IMG/VR virus record: IMGVR_UViG_3300031949_001696 | Source of the DNA: a virus | Taxonomy: Duplodnaviria; Caudoviricetes | Strand: one strand, 5' to 3' | DNA length: 64,000 bases | Made by a program: the position numbers and the translations under genes | Notes under the pieces: model-generated | The model's input: only the letters and a program-made list of their open reading frames with translations | Databases searched by the model: none | What the model was told of the DNA's origin: nothing | Shown: piece by piece, positions 18,357 through 31,010 of the stretch | Position numbering within the stretch: the stretch's first letter is position 1 | How the letters are laid out: every line of letters starts with the position of its first letter

Positions 18357-20742
18357 AGCAGACGCTGTGGCTCCCCGAGTGCAATCACTGCGGACGGCCG
18401 AAGGCGCCGCGCGGTCACGTTCCAGTCAAGGACTCCGAGGCCAAGGACTACTGCGCGCGCAGCTGTCTCGGGTACGAGGAGTGGCCTCATCCCAGCGAGC
18501 TGCGTGAGTGGCACGCTGCTAAGAAGCCGGATGCCGATGACGAGAGACCGTCTCTCCATCAGGCACGGCTCGGGCCGTGGGCACCCGAGGAGTTGAAGGT
18601 GCAGCTCGCCGCTATCGTCGACAGGCTCAAGGATAAGCGCTCCGTCTCGCCGCTCGATGTCATGCTCGAGCTGCTCAGCGGCGAGCTAGACGCTTTCGTC
18701 CTGTTCGCTCGGATGGGTCATCTCGATCCGCCGCGCGAGGACGGCAAGATCCCGATCGGAATCCTTCAGCGCAGGAGCGAAGATCCGGAGATCGACGCGC
18801 GGATCCGCGACACCGCGAAGACGTGGGCGGCGAAGCAGGAGAGTCGGTCGTGAGCACCTCTGCTCTTCGCACGTGTCCTGACTGTGGTCGGAGGTTCGCG
18901 ATGCTCTACATCTGCGAGCGTTGCGGTCGCTGCGACGAGCGAGATCTGCCGCGTGACGCCGACGCCGATCGTGCGGGATCATGCTGCAACGGCACGTGTG
19001 CCGCGCGCGACTGGCGTGCCGACGCGAATGCCGTCGCTCCACACATCACCGAGCAGCTGTGGATTCCCGACGTCCGCGAGGACGGCATTTACCTGATCGG
19101 CGCCGACGATCGCAGCGTCGTTCTGAAGATGGGCCGTCCCGATCGTGACAGCGATCTCCTCACGGCCGGCTACATCGCGGGACTCCAGGTGCGGCGACGG
19201 AAGGAAATGCCGTGAGCCTTCCGCCGCCGAAGTGCAAACAGCCCGACGCAATACTTCCGTCGCTCCCCTGCGATCGTCCGCCGCCTTGCGAGATTCACAA
19301 CAAGGAAGAAGCGGCGGCTGCGGCAGTCCGCAACGAGACCAATGATCTTCTCCAAAAGATCGTAGCGCGGCTCGACGAGCTGGTGCAGCTCCAGCGCAGC
19401 GCGATTCAACCAAAACCCCAACGACGAAAGAAGGCTGTGCGTGCTGCCTGAAGATCGCGTCCACGAGGCTGTGGCGAGTGCAGAGCCGGCGACTTTCCCC
19501 ACGTTCAATCGAGAGGCGCTCGCCGCGTTGCAAACGCGTGAGGTGCCGCGCGTGCGCGCGGCCGACTACTTCGATAAGAAGCCCGACGAGTCGCGCACTT
19601 CCGAAGAAGAGGCCGCGGCCGAACAGGAGATGGCTCGCTGGGACGCGTACCTGGCGAGGTTCGCCAAGCTCACCGACGCGCGGTGCCTGTGTTGCGGCAG
19701 CTCTCTGCGCTGTCCGCTCGGGCTGGGACTCATGGGCGGCTTCGAGTGGGGCCTCACGCACGGCGAGGGGCACTGCGCGAATTGCGGCTATCCGATGCGC
19801 GCGCATCACCGCGTGGAGGGCCTCGGCAAGATCCACAACCTGTTTCTGCCCTACCACCCGAGCGAGCTGTCGTTCGAGCCCAAAGAAGATCTGCGATGAC
19901 GGCGAAGTTCCACCCACTCACCGACGACGCGCTCGCCGGCCTCAGAGGCAGCGAGGTTCTGCTTGCAAACTATTACCGCGAGCTGCGCGAGCGCTATGTC
20001 GCCGAGATCGAAGAGCGGACCAAGCGAGATCGATCGGCGATCCTGCGCATGGCCGGCAACATCGCCGGGGGGTTCTGCGCGGATCCCGAGTTCGAGGCCG
20101 AGACATGGGAAGACATCGCCGTGAAAGCCGTGGCCATCGCGCGAGCGATCGTGGTCGAGGTGGATCGATGACTCTCAAATGCCCCAGGTGCGGTAGGGAG
20201 CTGGAGGTCGTGCGAAGTACGGCGGTGATCCCGCCCCACACCAAACCTCCGCGCTCCGGGTTCTTGGACAACGGGGCGATGGAGATCGACGGAGAGATCA
20301 TCGTGGTTACGCTCTACAAGACATGCCGGCTGAGCGGCGCTGAGTTCAGGAGGGTGCCGTGAAGAAGCTACCGAAGACGTTTCGAGGCGCCGTCGTCGCG
20401 CGCGGCCTGGGCATGAAGTCAGCACAGCTCGACACCCTGATCGAGAAGAAGGCGCTCGATCAGTTCGACGCGACCAAGGACACCTACCTCGTGGTCGAAG
20501 ACAAGGCGCTGGAGGACGACTTCGGTGTCGTGGTTCGCTGCTTCATGAGCGAGGCCGAGGCGCTTCGCTACGCGCGCGCGATGGCGTGCGGCAACGTCGA
20601 CCACCGTGTGCTTCGAGTCATCGCGCAGACGCTCGTACTACTGCGGCAAGATCGCCGGCTGGGTGGCGACCGATGGAAGTAGTCTCGCGGCGGTGTGCGA
20701 GAGACATGGCGAGCAGTTCCACATCAAGAGAGAGGCGTGATC

Positions 20743-21513
20743 ATGACCAAGGAGCAGAAGCCCAAGAAGTCCGTGCGCGAGTACCTCGAAGGGCTCGTCT
20801 GGGATAAGAAGCCGCGCCTCGAGCGTTGGCTGATCGACTACGCGGGGGCCTCCGACACGCCGCGTGTCCGTGCGATCTCTCGTGCCGTGCTGATCGGAGC
20901 GGTCCGTCGAGTGCGGCATCCGGGCTGTAAGATCGACGAGATGTTGATCCTGGAGGGTCCGCAGGGCGGCGGGAAGTCGGCAGCGCTCCGCGTGATGGCC
21001 ATCGACGACGACTGGTTCACCGACGACTTCCCCGTCGACGTGGACTCCGGGAAGCTCGTCGAGGTGACCGCGGGCAAGTGGATCGTCGAGTTGTCCGAGC
21101 TGAAGGGCATGAGCGCAGGTGACGTCGCCGCGCTCAAGGCGCAGCTGTCGACGCAGCAGGACACCGCCCGGCGTCAGCCGTACGCGCGGGCGGGCGAGAC
21201 CGTCCCACGCCAGTTCGTGATCGTCGGGACGACCGCCGCGACGGAGTACCTTCGTGACACGGGCAACCGGCGGTTCTGGCCGATCCGCGTCGAGCGCTTC
21301 GACCTCGATCGCCTTCGGATCGATCGCGACCAGATCTGGGCCGAGGCCGTGGTCGCCGAGGCCGCGGGCGAGCCGATGCGCATCGACGCGCGCACCGAGC
21401 TCGTGCTGGCGGCGCGTGAACAGCTCGCGCGCACCGATCCGACGGACGGCCATCTCCACGCGAATTATCTCGCGCAGATGATCCTCCTGTTCTTAGGGGA
21501 GACGACGACGTGA
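20743..21513 (+). CDS. VapE/VirE-family P-loop ATPase domain protein
   Basis: LILEGPQGGGKS Walker A, WFTD, WIVELSEL, R.PY.R, PRQFVIVGTT, YLRDTGNRRFWP. Confidence 0.9.
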   Translation: MTKEQKPKKSVREYLEGLVWDKKPRLERWLIDYAGASDTPRVRAISRAVLIGAVRRVRHPGCKIDEMLILEGPQGGGKSAALRVMAIDDDWFTDDFPVDVDSGKLVEVTAGKWIVELSELKGMSAGDVAALKAQLSTQQDTARRQPYARAGETVPRQFVIVGTTAATEYLRDTGNRRFWPIRVERFDLDRLRIDRDQIWAEAVVAEAAGEPMRIDARTELVLAAREQLARTDPTDGHLHANYLAQMILLFLGETTT

Positions 21514-23042
21514 CGAAGAGAAACCCGCTCGATCCGCACGTCCAGTTCGCCAAGGCACTCGGCGCGCGGATCATCTGCCGCACGTGCACGCCGTTCGCGC
21601 GCGCACGCTTCACGGAGAGCAGAGATCAGATGGCGCATCCACAGTGCGAGGACGTCGAATGCGGATGCAGCTGTCGTGATCAAGTGAGGAGGAGCTGATG
21701 GCGAAGAAGAAGATATGGAGCGTGTTCTACGTGCGGGGACAGGCGTAACCGTGTCGCTCGATCGATTCGACGATGAGTGCCCGGGCTGCCGTCCCATGAT
21801 GGTGGACACGAGAACCGCGCGCCCGTTTGCGGATGATTCTGTCGAGATGATGACGGTGAACCGGCTCTGGAACGAAACTACGGCCGACGAGCGCCGCGCG
21901 TGGCATCGCTTCACGTGCCAGAACTCGCGATCACTCGTCGACGTGCAGATCGCCAAGACGTTCGCGGACCGCCTAGAGGCGGCGTTCGCCGCCGCGGCGA
22001 AGAAGAAGGAGCGTCAGCGATGATGGGCCTCTTTGAGAGCATGCGCGTCGGCGACGCCATCGAGGCGCACGGCGCGAAGTGGTTTCGCATCAAGTCCCTG
22101 CGTGACGACCTCGAGAACGGACACCGGTTGTATCTCGCGGCGAAGATCGGGGACCCGTTGCCGGCGGCAACGTTCGTCGTCGCCGAAGAGATCGAGGCTG
22201 CGGAGCTGGGGCGGCTTCGGACCGCCGAAGCCAAGCATCAGGCGGACATCGCCAAAATCAGGAGTGGATCGCGATGAGGGACTGGATCTTTAGCGTTCGC
22301 TACTGGGAACCGCGGCTACACAAGGCACCGGCCGTCTATCGATGGGCAGTTGTCGGACCTGAGCGTGCCTCGACGGTGGAAGCAGCACTCCATCTCGCGA
22401 AGGTTCCCGAGGAGATCCGTGCCGAGATCCGTGCGGACGCCGTCGTACGTGATTTCGTCGAAGGCAGACTCGATCCGGATCGGACCGGCTACCACGTGCC
22501 GTCGGATCCGAAATCATCGTCAGGATGGCTCGTCTGCATCGGGCCGGTGCACGAGGTGCTTCGATGATCGCGCCGGCGACGATGGACGCGCTCGCCGACG
22601 TCGCTCGGGCGCTCGGCTTCGAGCTGCGCCGCGCGGCGCAGGCGGTTCCCGTCGGCGTCGATTTCGACCGTGCCCGAGAGCAGACGCAGTTCGCGCTCTT
22701 GCACGACGGCGAGGTCGCGTTCGACGGGACCGCGCGCGAATGCTCCGCGTTCTTGATCGGCTGGCGCGATCTCCGAACGAGTGTGCTCGGCGCGGCGCGC
22801 GCGCTCGAGACAACGAAGATCATGCCGGAGATGCGTGCCAGTACGATGTGCCCGGTGAGCGACAAGGCAGGACAGCGGTGCCTCCTACGCGTGGGGCATG
22901 ACGGGCAGAAGCACGCGACGCTCGTGTACTGGGAGGGCAGCTTACGCGGCGGTGCGACGAAAGAGACTTGTCAGCAGTGTGGCTCCAAAGCTCTCGGAGC
23001 CGTGATTTGTCGGCGATGCGGCTACAAAATCGAGGAGGTCTG

Positions 23043-23456
23043 ATGATCTCGCCGACGAAGGATCCTGCGCTCGACGTCGAGCGGAACCTCCCGCGCGACC
23101 TGCGCCAGAAGATGATTGTCGAATGGGCGATCGCGGCGTTCGGCCGTGAAGAGGCGACCGGCCTCCCACAGCGGGGGCTCCGGCTTCTCGAAGAAGCGAT
23201 CGAGGCGTTCCAGGCGGCCGGCGGTGATGAGGCGATCGCCCACAAGCTCGTCTCGTTCGTGTTCGCCCGCCCTGCTGGGACGGTCGGCCAGGAGCTGGGC
23301 GGCGTGGCGGTGACGGTGCTCGCCCTGGCGGCGGCCGCGGGCCTGTCGGCCGACGAGGAGGAGTGTCGCGAGGTCCACCGCGTGCTCAATAAGCCTCTGC
23401 GCGAGTTTTCCGATCGTAATGCGAGCAAGAACGCCGCAGGGTTCAAGATCCCATGA
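23043..23456 (+). CDS. MazG-like NTP pyrophosphohydrolase
   Basis: RLLEEAIE...QELGGV acidic motifs in an all-alpha protein. Confidence 0.6.
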   Translation: MISPTKDPALDVERNLPRDLRQKMIVEWAIAAFGREEATGLPQRGLRLLEEAIEAFQAAGGDEAIAHKLVSFVFARPAGTVGQELGGVAVTVLALAAAAGLSADEEECREVHRVLNKPLREFSDRNASKNAAGFKIP

Positions 23457-23639
23457 AGCTGGAGGTTACATGGACGCGCTCCTGATCCTCGTGATCTGCG
23501 GCGTCGCGCTGGCACGGCATCGCCGACGCCATCGTCAGCACGAGCCACGCCTCGTGCACCTGCTCGGAAGCGGAGGTCGTGTCCACGGACCAACGTGCGG
23601 CTGCGAGGCGTGCCTCGAGAATTACGCGGAGACACCGGC

Positions 23640-24410
23640 ATGAAGCGAGAACCGCATCCAGCGAAACCGGCAGAAGAGGAAACCATGATGGAAGCCGTGA
23701 AATCATTCGGTTCAGAATTCGTAGGTCGAGCAACGCTCGCGGAGCATCTCAAGAACGAAGATCCTGCGAAGGCGTTACTCGCGTACATGCGTACTGCCGT
23801 CGACGCATTTCTGGTCGATTCAGGTGGGCCGCAGAACGCGGTCGAAGGCTGGGAAGTGTTCGCGCGTTGGATCAAGGAGCACTGCGAACGGCATGACTGC
23901 GACCTGACGCAGCCTGCCGAACTGGCCCTATTACGATTTGCCGCGCACGCCGAGAAGTGCATCTACCAAAACGATCGCTCACGGGCCCTCACTGATCTAC
24001 GCGTCGTGGAGCCCTGGATCGACGAGTTTTTTATCGAAGACGCGCGGGCTGCCGGCCGCGCCGACGCCATCGCAAGTTGCGAGGCCGTGGAACGTGCACA
24101 TCAGCTCTTCGAGTTGACGGACTTACGCTCCGAGGTCGCGCGCCTTCGGTCGGAGAACGCAGAGCTGCGCGCAGCGCTTGAGCAGATGAAGCTTGGCGGC
24201 ATGAGTTGCTCGTCGAATCAGCCGAGATACCAGATCGGTGACCGCGTGCGCGTGGACCGCGGTTGGGATCGCGAGGTCATCGTCGTCATCACGATCGATA
24301 CCATCCGAGCGAACCACGGTGGCCCAGGTGCGCATCGCTACTGGGGAACTGACGCTCGTGGTGGCGCGCACGGAGCGTACGAGGATCAGATCCGCGGGAT
24401 AGCGTCATGA
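23640..24410 (+). CDS. mosaic hypothetical protein
   Basis: Contains the 158-bp module shared with 35002-35871. Confidence 0.65.
   Translation: MKREPHPAKPAEEETMMEAVKSFGSEFVGRATLAEHLKNEDPAKALLAYMRTAVDAFLVDSGGPQNAVEGWEVFARWIKEHCERHDCDLTQPAELALLRFAAHAEKCIYQNDRSRALTDLRVVEPWIDEFFIEDARAAGRADAIASCEAVERAHQLFELTDLRSEVARLRSENAELRAALEQMKLGGMSCSSNQPRYQIGDRVRVDRGWDREVIVVITIDTIRANHGGPGAHRYWGTDARGGAHGAYEDQIRGIAS
24034..24191 (+). repeat. 158-bp dispersed repeat, copy 1 (copy 2 at 35156-35313)
   Basis: Near-identical DNA encoding EDARAAGRADAIASCEAVERAHQL.ELTDLRSEVARLRSEN.ELR.ALEQMK. Confidence 0.95.
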
Positions 24411-26764
24411 CGAAAGGGAGATCCGATGGCCGAACTCGATGAAGCGACCCAGAAGGTGGTCGAGGACTTCGACGCGCTCGCGAAGCAGCGCTGTGCGGAG
24501 CTGCTCGGCGATTCGAGCGCAGAGTTGCCCCACCGCGCGGCGCTCGAGCGGGCGTTCTGTCTCGGCTATAAGGCGGGCGCCGTCGACACCAACGTGGCGG
24601 CGAAGCAGGCGCAGCATCTGCTCAAGGAAAGGGCCATGCTCGACGTGAAAATCCCCGTACAGACGGAGCGGCTCGATCAAAATGTCATCTCGCCAGTTAC
24701 GCCGATGACTGTGCGCAAGTACGACGGCGGCGACGTCGAATTCGATCTCGACGTGCCTTCGTTGGATGCGCCCCAGTGGTCGAACGCTCGTCGGGTACGA
24801 ATCCATCTCAACGGTGTTGCTGCTGTCCGTTCCCTTCGGGAGATTCTGTGACGAATGCTCCGCGCCGGATTTCTGACCGCGAGAGGTCGATCTGCATCGA
24901 CGGCTACATCATGCCGACGGACTCTCCCAACGTACCGACGCTGATCGCGATGCCCGGCATCGACGACCTGTTCGTCTTCGTGTTCTCGACGGAAGAGAAG
25001 CTCGTCGCGGCGATGGGGGTCCTCGGGATCGAGTACGCGGGGGTGGCGCACGTCCCCGACGGCATCGAGCTATTCGGCGAGATCGCGGCCATGAACGCGC
25101 GTGGTGAGCGACCGTACCGGCTCCGTCTCGCCGTCGACGCCTACAAGGCCGATAACGGACGTATACGCTTCACCGAGCCAGCAGTTCAGGAAGTTCATTC
25201 GACGGTGCCGCACGCCGAGGGCTGCCAAGTTTCGTCCAAGAACGGAATCCCCGTGTCGATGTGTGTCAGCGACTGTCCCGCGCTGGCCGAGTTCATCGCG
25301 GCGTCGAAGGAGGGCTGATAATGGAGGCCGCTAAGAAACAGCAGGACGTCTTCGTCGTCGAGCGCTACTTCGATAACGGCGTCGGTTGGGTCATCGGAGC
25401 GTTTTCATCCATCGATGACGCACAGGCATTCAGCGATCTCTGCGTCGTGACTTGCCGCAGTCCGCACGAGGTCGAGATCACGCGATGCGCGCCGACGCCG
25501 CGTGAGACCTGGCGGCGGTTCGCGGACGATCGTGGTTGGTCGACCAGCGCGTGGGAGCATCGCGGGATCGGAGAATCCCGATGAAGGAGACGCCGCAGTC
25601 AGCGATCGAAACAGAGGTCGTCGATCTTCGGCGCCGTCTCACGGCGCTGGAGGAGCGCGTCCGGCTCGACGCGCACGCACACGCGTTTCTGCGCGGGGAG
25701 CAGCGCGTGTGCGAGGGGGACTACTGCGTGATCAACGGCTTTCCGACACGGGTGTCGCGCATTTCCAGCGAGGGCAAGTGGACCTACTTCAACGGGAACA
25801 ACGTGATCGAACCGTTTCGCGTTCCGCCGTCGGACGACATCCAGCGACTCCACACGCGGGCCGAAGTTGCCGAGATCGTTGCGAAGGCGCGCCAGGAAGC
25901 GCCGTGGGGGCTCACGCGTGACGACGTCGACGCGCTCGTTGATGGTTTGGACTACGCGATCCTCGGGCGCGCGACGTCCCTCGTGACCGTAGATCGTGAA
26001 GATCGGTGGAAGGCTCTTCGCAATCGACTCGCCAGTCTGTCGAGAGATCCGAAAAAGGATCAGCCGTGAGGCCGAAGATCGGCTGCCGCGTGATCTTCTG
26101 CGAGCCCGTGCACGGCTCGGCCTCTGTGGGAATCGTGAAGCGATACGCCTGCGATGCCGGCGGCACCTATGCCGAGGTCGACTTTCACGGCGCGCGTCTA
26201 CGCATTCACCCGTCGCAGCTTCGCATCGAGGAAAGCGCGAAGGACAAGGGACCTCGATGATGTCGCCGCAGTGCGTCCATCGCGTGTCCATCGCGAAGGA
26301 GGGCCAGATCTTCTGGTCCTCTCCGTGGGTCTCGGAAGATCGTGCCGAGGCCATTCGGCGAAAAAATCAGCGCCTCATCGATCAACAGGGCTGGCAGCAC
26401 GTCGTCAGCGTCGAGAGCAAAGGCATGCCTACCACCAAAGTCGAACAGATCAGGGATCAGCTGCGTTCGTTGGAGTCAGCAGTCGCAGCGCTGCCCAAAG
26501 ACACGGACGATCAGCGCACGGCAGTGCACAGAATCCGTACGATGATCGGAGATCAACTCGCAGAACTCACCTGGTGGAGATCGACCTGCGACACGTGCGG
26601 GGCGTACCTCGGCGACAAGGCGTGCGATCACGGACCGAGGCCGGCGTGATGAAGACGGTGTGGTTCAAGACGAGTCGCCACGTGAACCTTGTACCGGCGA
26701 CGCAGCACACCCAGGCACTGATCGCCACCATCGACGCGGCGATCGCCGCCGAGAGAACGTCCCG

Positions 26765-27244
26765 ATGATGTCTCCTGAGGGACAGCAGCTGCTCGCACGC
26801 TACGCGGACCGAGGTTGGTTCAACGCTGCGGGCGATACCAGACTTCGAGAGGACGCCTCTCGATTGGAATCGGTGCCGCCGCGGCCTGCGTACCTGCTTT
26901 TCGCGAGCGGCATGCTGGTTTTTCCGTCGTGCGAAGTACAGGTCACGACCAGGTGCAATTACCGGCCGTTTCGCGGTCGGCGGTTGGTCGTCGCCGCTGA
27001 CGCCAGGCGCTTCGATCTGATCGATCTGAAGATCAGGTACCGGTCACAGTTCCGCAGGGACGAGTCTCTGCCGCTGCGCTCTTGTGTTGACGAAGCGATG
27101 CCGGAGCTGATCCAGTGGCCGCTGGACATTTGCGGCGCGGGTGCCGACATCAGCGTGCGCGCGATCATTCCCGCGCGGGTTGACGGGGAGGAAGAGGCTC
27201 TCGGCGCGACGTTCGAGATGATCCTGCTCGGAGAGGTGATTTAG
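26765..27244 (+). CDS. hypothetical beta-sandwich-like protein
   Basis: PFRGRRLVV...FDLIDLKI...SQ...G.DISV pattern. Confidence 0.6.
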   Translation: MMSPEGQQLLARYADRGWFNAAGDTRLREDASRLESVPPRPAYLLFASGMLVFPSCEVQVTTRCNYRPFRGRRLVVAADARRFDLIDLKIRYRSQFRRDESLPLRSCVDEAMPELIQWPLDICGAGADISVRAIIPARVDGEEEALGATFEMILLGEVI

Positions 27245-27381
27245 TGAAGACGCTTCGTCGCTTCTTCTGCTGGCTCGTCGGCCACGCTTGGGACGAGGGC
27301 TGCCCGCGGGGCTGGTCTGGGATCGTCGATCACCAGTGCCAACGCTGTCAGCTCACCACGTTCACGCAGTTTCACTTTTAG
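27244..27381 (+). CDS. 45-aa zinc-binding protein, paralog of 60094-60291
   Basis: RRFFCWLVGHAWDEG...GWSG...CQRC..TT.TQF.F; below the ORF-track cutoff. Confidence 0.75.
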   Translation: MKTLRRFFCWLVGHAWDEGCPRGWSGIVDHQCQRCQLTTFTQFHF

Positions 27382-28940
27382 AGGAGCCATAGCTGAGATG
27401 AGCATGCGCAAGTGTTCCACGATCAAGTGCCCTCACTACGTGCGCGAGGGTCTGCGCCGCTTCGGGGCCGGCGTCGATGGCCAGGAGCTGGCCGACGGGC
27501 GGTTCTGCTGGCGGTGTCGCGCGCGGCACGCCGCCTCTGAACGCCGAGATGTACGTCGAGACGCGCGCCGAGATGCGCGGAAGGAGATCCCGTGAGCGAG
27601 ACGCCCCCTTCCTTTCAACCAGAGCCTTGTACGGGTTTCTACGTGGGCTACGACCTGGAGGGCGGAAGCTCGTACCGGAAGCCGTGCTGGAGGCGCTGTG
27701 GCTGCGGGCTGCCGGGATGTCCGTCTCTCGATCCTGCACTGCCGCCCGTGCCGATCGCGCACGTCCGCTCGCAAGAAGATCAGCCCTACGGATCCGAGAG
27801 GCGCTGCTGCAACCACTGCGGCGTCATGCTCTGGGGGTCGTCGTCGCCGCCGTATGTCGACAACTGGACCGATTGGCGTGAGCGGCCGGACAGATGTGCG
27901 CTGACCGAGCTAGAGAGGAAGGCTGCGTTGGAGCGGAGGGCGGGCGCGTGAGTGTCGAAGTCATCGCAATTCGCCGTCCGATCGCTCGTCGATCCGGCGA
28001 CCTGCCATGTCGGCCGCGCGCCGACGACACCGCGTGGGCAGTCATGATTCGCGTCGGTGCACGTACGTTTACGTCGGACTGCCAGGATCGCGAAGAGGCG
28101 ATCGCGGCGGCGACTGTCATCAACGCTGAGCTGTCACAACACTACGTGGATCAGCGGGGGCGAGGATGATCGACGTCGTCAGTAACCTCGTCGGTGAGAT
28201 CGTCGAGATCTACGAGTGGGACGACTATCGCGATTCGGGCGGATACAGTCTGCGGAGTCGTGGCACCGTCCGCGCGGTCTACGTCGCCGACAAGAAGCTC
28301 ATGGTCCTCGTCGAGCATAACCTCCTCGGCTACGATTCGTATTCGTTCAGCGATAGAGCCAAGGACGGGGGTTTCGAAATGTACTCGCTCCACGAAGGCC
28401 GCGTGCGCGCCGTGCAGCGCTGCCGGCACTGCGCGTCGTGGGACCAGAAAGCTCTCCTCGTTCAAGCGGGCCCGGGTTTCCGCGACGACGTCTGGGCGCA
28501 CAAGGATGGTGAGGGCTGCAAGGAAACTCGATGATCGTCCCGGGGCCGCCGATCCGCGACGTCACGCTCCGCGAAATGCTGGAGGCGATGTCGTCGTACC
28601 GGGACGACGAGACGTTCCGATGGTTTCAGACGTCCGTTCTGAACAGCCGCGGCGAGCCGACCGCGACCGACACGTTGCGCGTCTCAATAGGACAAGCGCG
28701 CCGTGAAGTGCTGGGGTGTCCGTGAGCGAGCTGTTCAAGCCTGGTCACACGGGTTCGTGCTCGCACATGCGAACGTATCGTGGCAAGGACGCTCCACTTC
28801 GGTGGGGATCAGCGCGCACCGAAGTCTGCCGTGACTGTGCCTCGTTTCGTCTGCGAACCCATCACGACGAGATCCGCGGTGATTGGACGTCTGGCGATCA
28901 GTACGCTGACGCTGTAGCGGAACAGGAGCTGGACTAGATG

Positions 28941-29186
28941 CTAGTTCTCGCGCCGTGCACGTTGGATGTCCTCCCACGTAGCCGGATCGATCGGCTGGAT
29001 GAGCACCGATCGCGCGTACGATTTCGCGGCGACAGTCCAGCTGACCCAGCCGGCACCGAACGTGAGCGTGGCCGGGGCATGAAAGCGACCGGGACACTCG
29101 TCGCCGTGATCGGCGATGCCACCGAGCGGCGAAAGCTCGACGAAGGCGTGGCACTTCTGGCAGAAGCCGCATTCGCACTGGTTCAC
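28941..29186 (-). CDS. counter-oriented hypothetical protein, apparently leaderless
   Basis: TACACT (29198-29193), 6 nt, GTG. Confidence 0.6.
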   Translation of the reverse strand: MNQCECGFCQKCHAFVELSPLGGIADHGDECPGRFHAPATLTFGAGWVSWTVAAKSYARSVLIQPIDPATWEDIQRARREN

Positions 29187-29206
29187 GGGCGCAGTGTAGC
29201 GCGGAG

Positions 29207-29542
29207 ATGCGCGGCGTGATCGCGTTCTGCACCAAGTGCGGGGTGTACGTCGACGTTGACGGCTCCATCTCGGAATGTCCGCTCTGCCATTTCGACACCG
29301 TGATGCGGGTTCCGACCACCGTGCACGAGGCGACGACGCTCGTCGTACGCAAGCTCAAGGATCTCCACCTCGAGATCGCGAAGGAGTACGGGATTCCGGC
29401 CGACGTGATCGCCGCCACGCAATTCGGGCTCGGCGTCACGATGATGTTCGAGTGTGGCTCCAGCGAGGCTGATCTCATCGGATCGGTCCAGCGCCTCGTG
29501 GGCGACTTGATGGAGACACCCGAGAAGCGAGGAGCATCATGA
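29207..29542 (+). CDS. hypothetical protein, paralog of 31007-31234
   Basis: KDL...A...G.PA.V.A....LG.TMM.E.G.SE shared. Confidence 0.7.
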   Translation: MRGVIAFCTKCGVYVDVDGSISECPLCHFDTVMRVPTTVHEATTLVVRKLKDLHLEIAKEYGIPADVIAATQFGLGVTMMFECGSSEADLIGSVQRLVGDLMETPEKRGAS

Positions 29543-30302
29543 GGGAGGGGACGAGGAAACTCGACGCGTGGTTTCGCGGACGGCTGCGCTTCCTCGCCGC
29601 GCGTCAGCGAGTCCCAGCTCCGTGCTTCTCGCGGTACATCCGCCACAACACATGGCATTTTTGTGATTTCGATCAACGTGATTTGAAATTCGACGATGAT
29701 CGATGGATCGAGGTGACATGGTGACGTCTGAAGACAAGCTCGTCGTGGCGGCCAAGCGCTATCACCAGGCACGCGAGCGGCTGCGACAGACGCCGCGTAC
29801 CAGTTGGGCCGCGGCTATGGCGCGAGAGTCGCTTCAGGAGGATCTGGAGCAAGCCGCGCGCGAGTTGCACGAGGCGGCCGACGCGTACGGAGTGAGCCAC
29901 CCGTGATCGACGTCGAGGCATGGCAGCGCGAAGTTATCCTCGGCAACGTGGAGAAGGATCCGTACTACGCGCCGTACTGTCTGCGCTGCTCGGGGCTCGT
30001 CCGTATGAAAGCCGTCGAGCGACATTACTGGCGGTGCCGTTGCGGCGCGCAGTGCGACCTTCGAGCCCTGCCCGGAAGAGACTACCGCCCGAGGTCGCAG
30101 TGAGCTGTCCGAGACAGATCCTGCTACCGAGCGTGGATGCTCCGGCGTGCGACTTGTGCGGCGGCATCTTGCTGCGGGCCGGTGCCACGGACACCCTGGT
30201 GAGCTACAGGTGCGCTGACTGCGGCATCCCGACCACGGTGTATAGGAGCGATCCCAGCGTGCGCTGGCACGACATCCCCCCGGGTATCGAAGGAGCGAAA
30301 CC

Positions 30303-31010
30303 ATGAACGAGCTGTCGCGCGGATGTCCTTGTCTGCACACGACGCCGTGCCACGAGCGCTGCACGTGTGTGTCACCGCTGTCGTCGAGCGGCTGCCGTCG
30401 CTGCTGCTCGTACGGCTCTGCGGAGCAGCAAGCGGCGATGGCGGCGCACCTGGCCGGGCTCGAAGATCTCGCACGCCGCATGGGTGACGACCTCTACGCG
30501 CGGATGCAAGAGCCTGGCTTCGAAGACGCTCTCAAGCAAGCGTTCGCCGCGACTCCTGCCGAGATCGGTCGGGCTGCCGTCGAGGCAGCGCATCGGCCTA
30601 TCCACGAGCTGCGCGAGGTTCTCGATAGGACCGTCGAGCACGCGAGCGACCTCGCCGCCGCGCTCGACGAGCTGGCACAGTTCCGCGCGAAAGAGAGGCT
30701 TCGCGCCGACTCGGCTCCGCCCGCGGATACCGACGACTTGCCGCCGGACGCCGCGACCGGGCTCTACCTCGATCGTCCGTTCGACGCGGACGATCTGTCG
30801 TGGATCAAGATGGCGTGGGACGCGTACCACGCTAGCGAAGGTCCCGCTCGACCGGGCCAGCTCATGCTCGTCTTCGAGGCGATCCGTCGCGACGAGCGCG
30901 CGACTGCCGAGTTCTTGTGGGTCATGAACACGACCGTCTTGCCGCTCCTTCGTCGACTGCGACTCAAGGAGCATCCCCATTTCGCCAAGCTCGGAGCGGT
31001 CGACCAATGA
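30303..31010 (+). CDS. hypothetical protein with a Cys-rich N-terminus
   Basis: RBS GGAG; codon pattern. Confidence 0.65.
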   Translation: MNELSRGCPCLHTTPCHERCTCVSPLSSSGCRRCCSYGSAEQQAAMAAHLAGLEDLARRMGDDLYARMQEPGFEDALKQAFAATPAEIGRAAVEAAHRPIHELREVLDRTVEHASDLAAALDELAQFRAKERLRADSAPPADTDDLPPDAATGLYLDRPFDADDLSWIKMAWDAYHASEGPARPGQLMLVFEAIRRDERATAEFLWVMNTTVLPLLRRLRLKEHPHFAKLGAVDQ

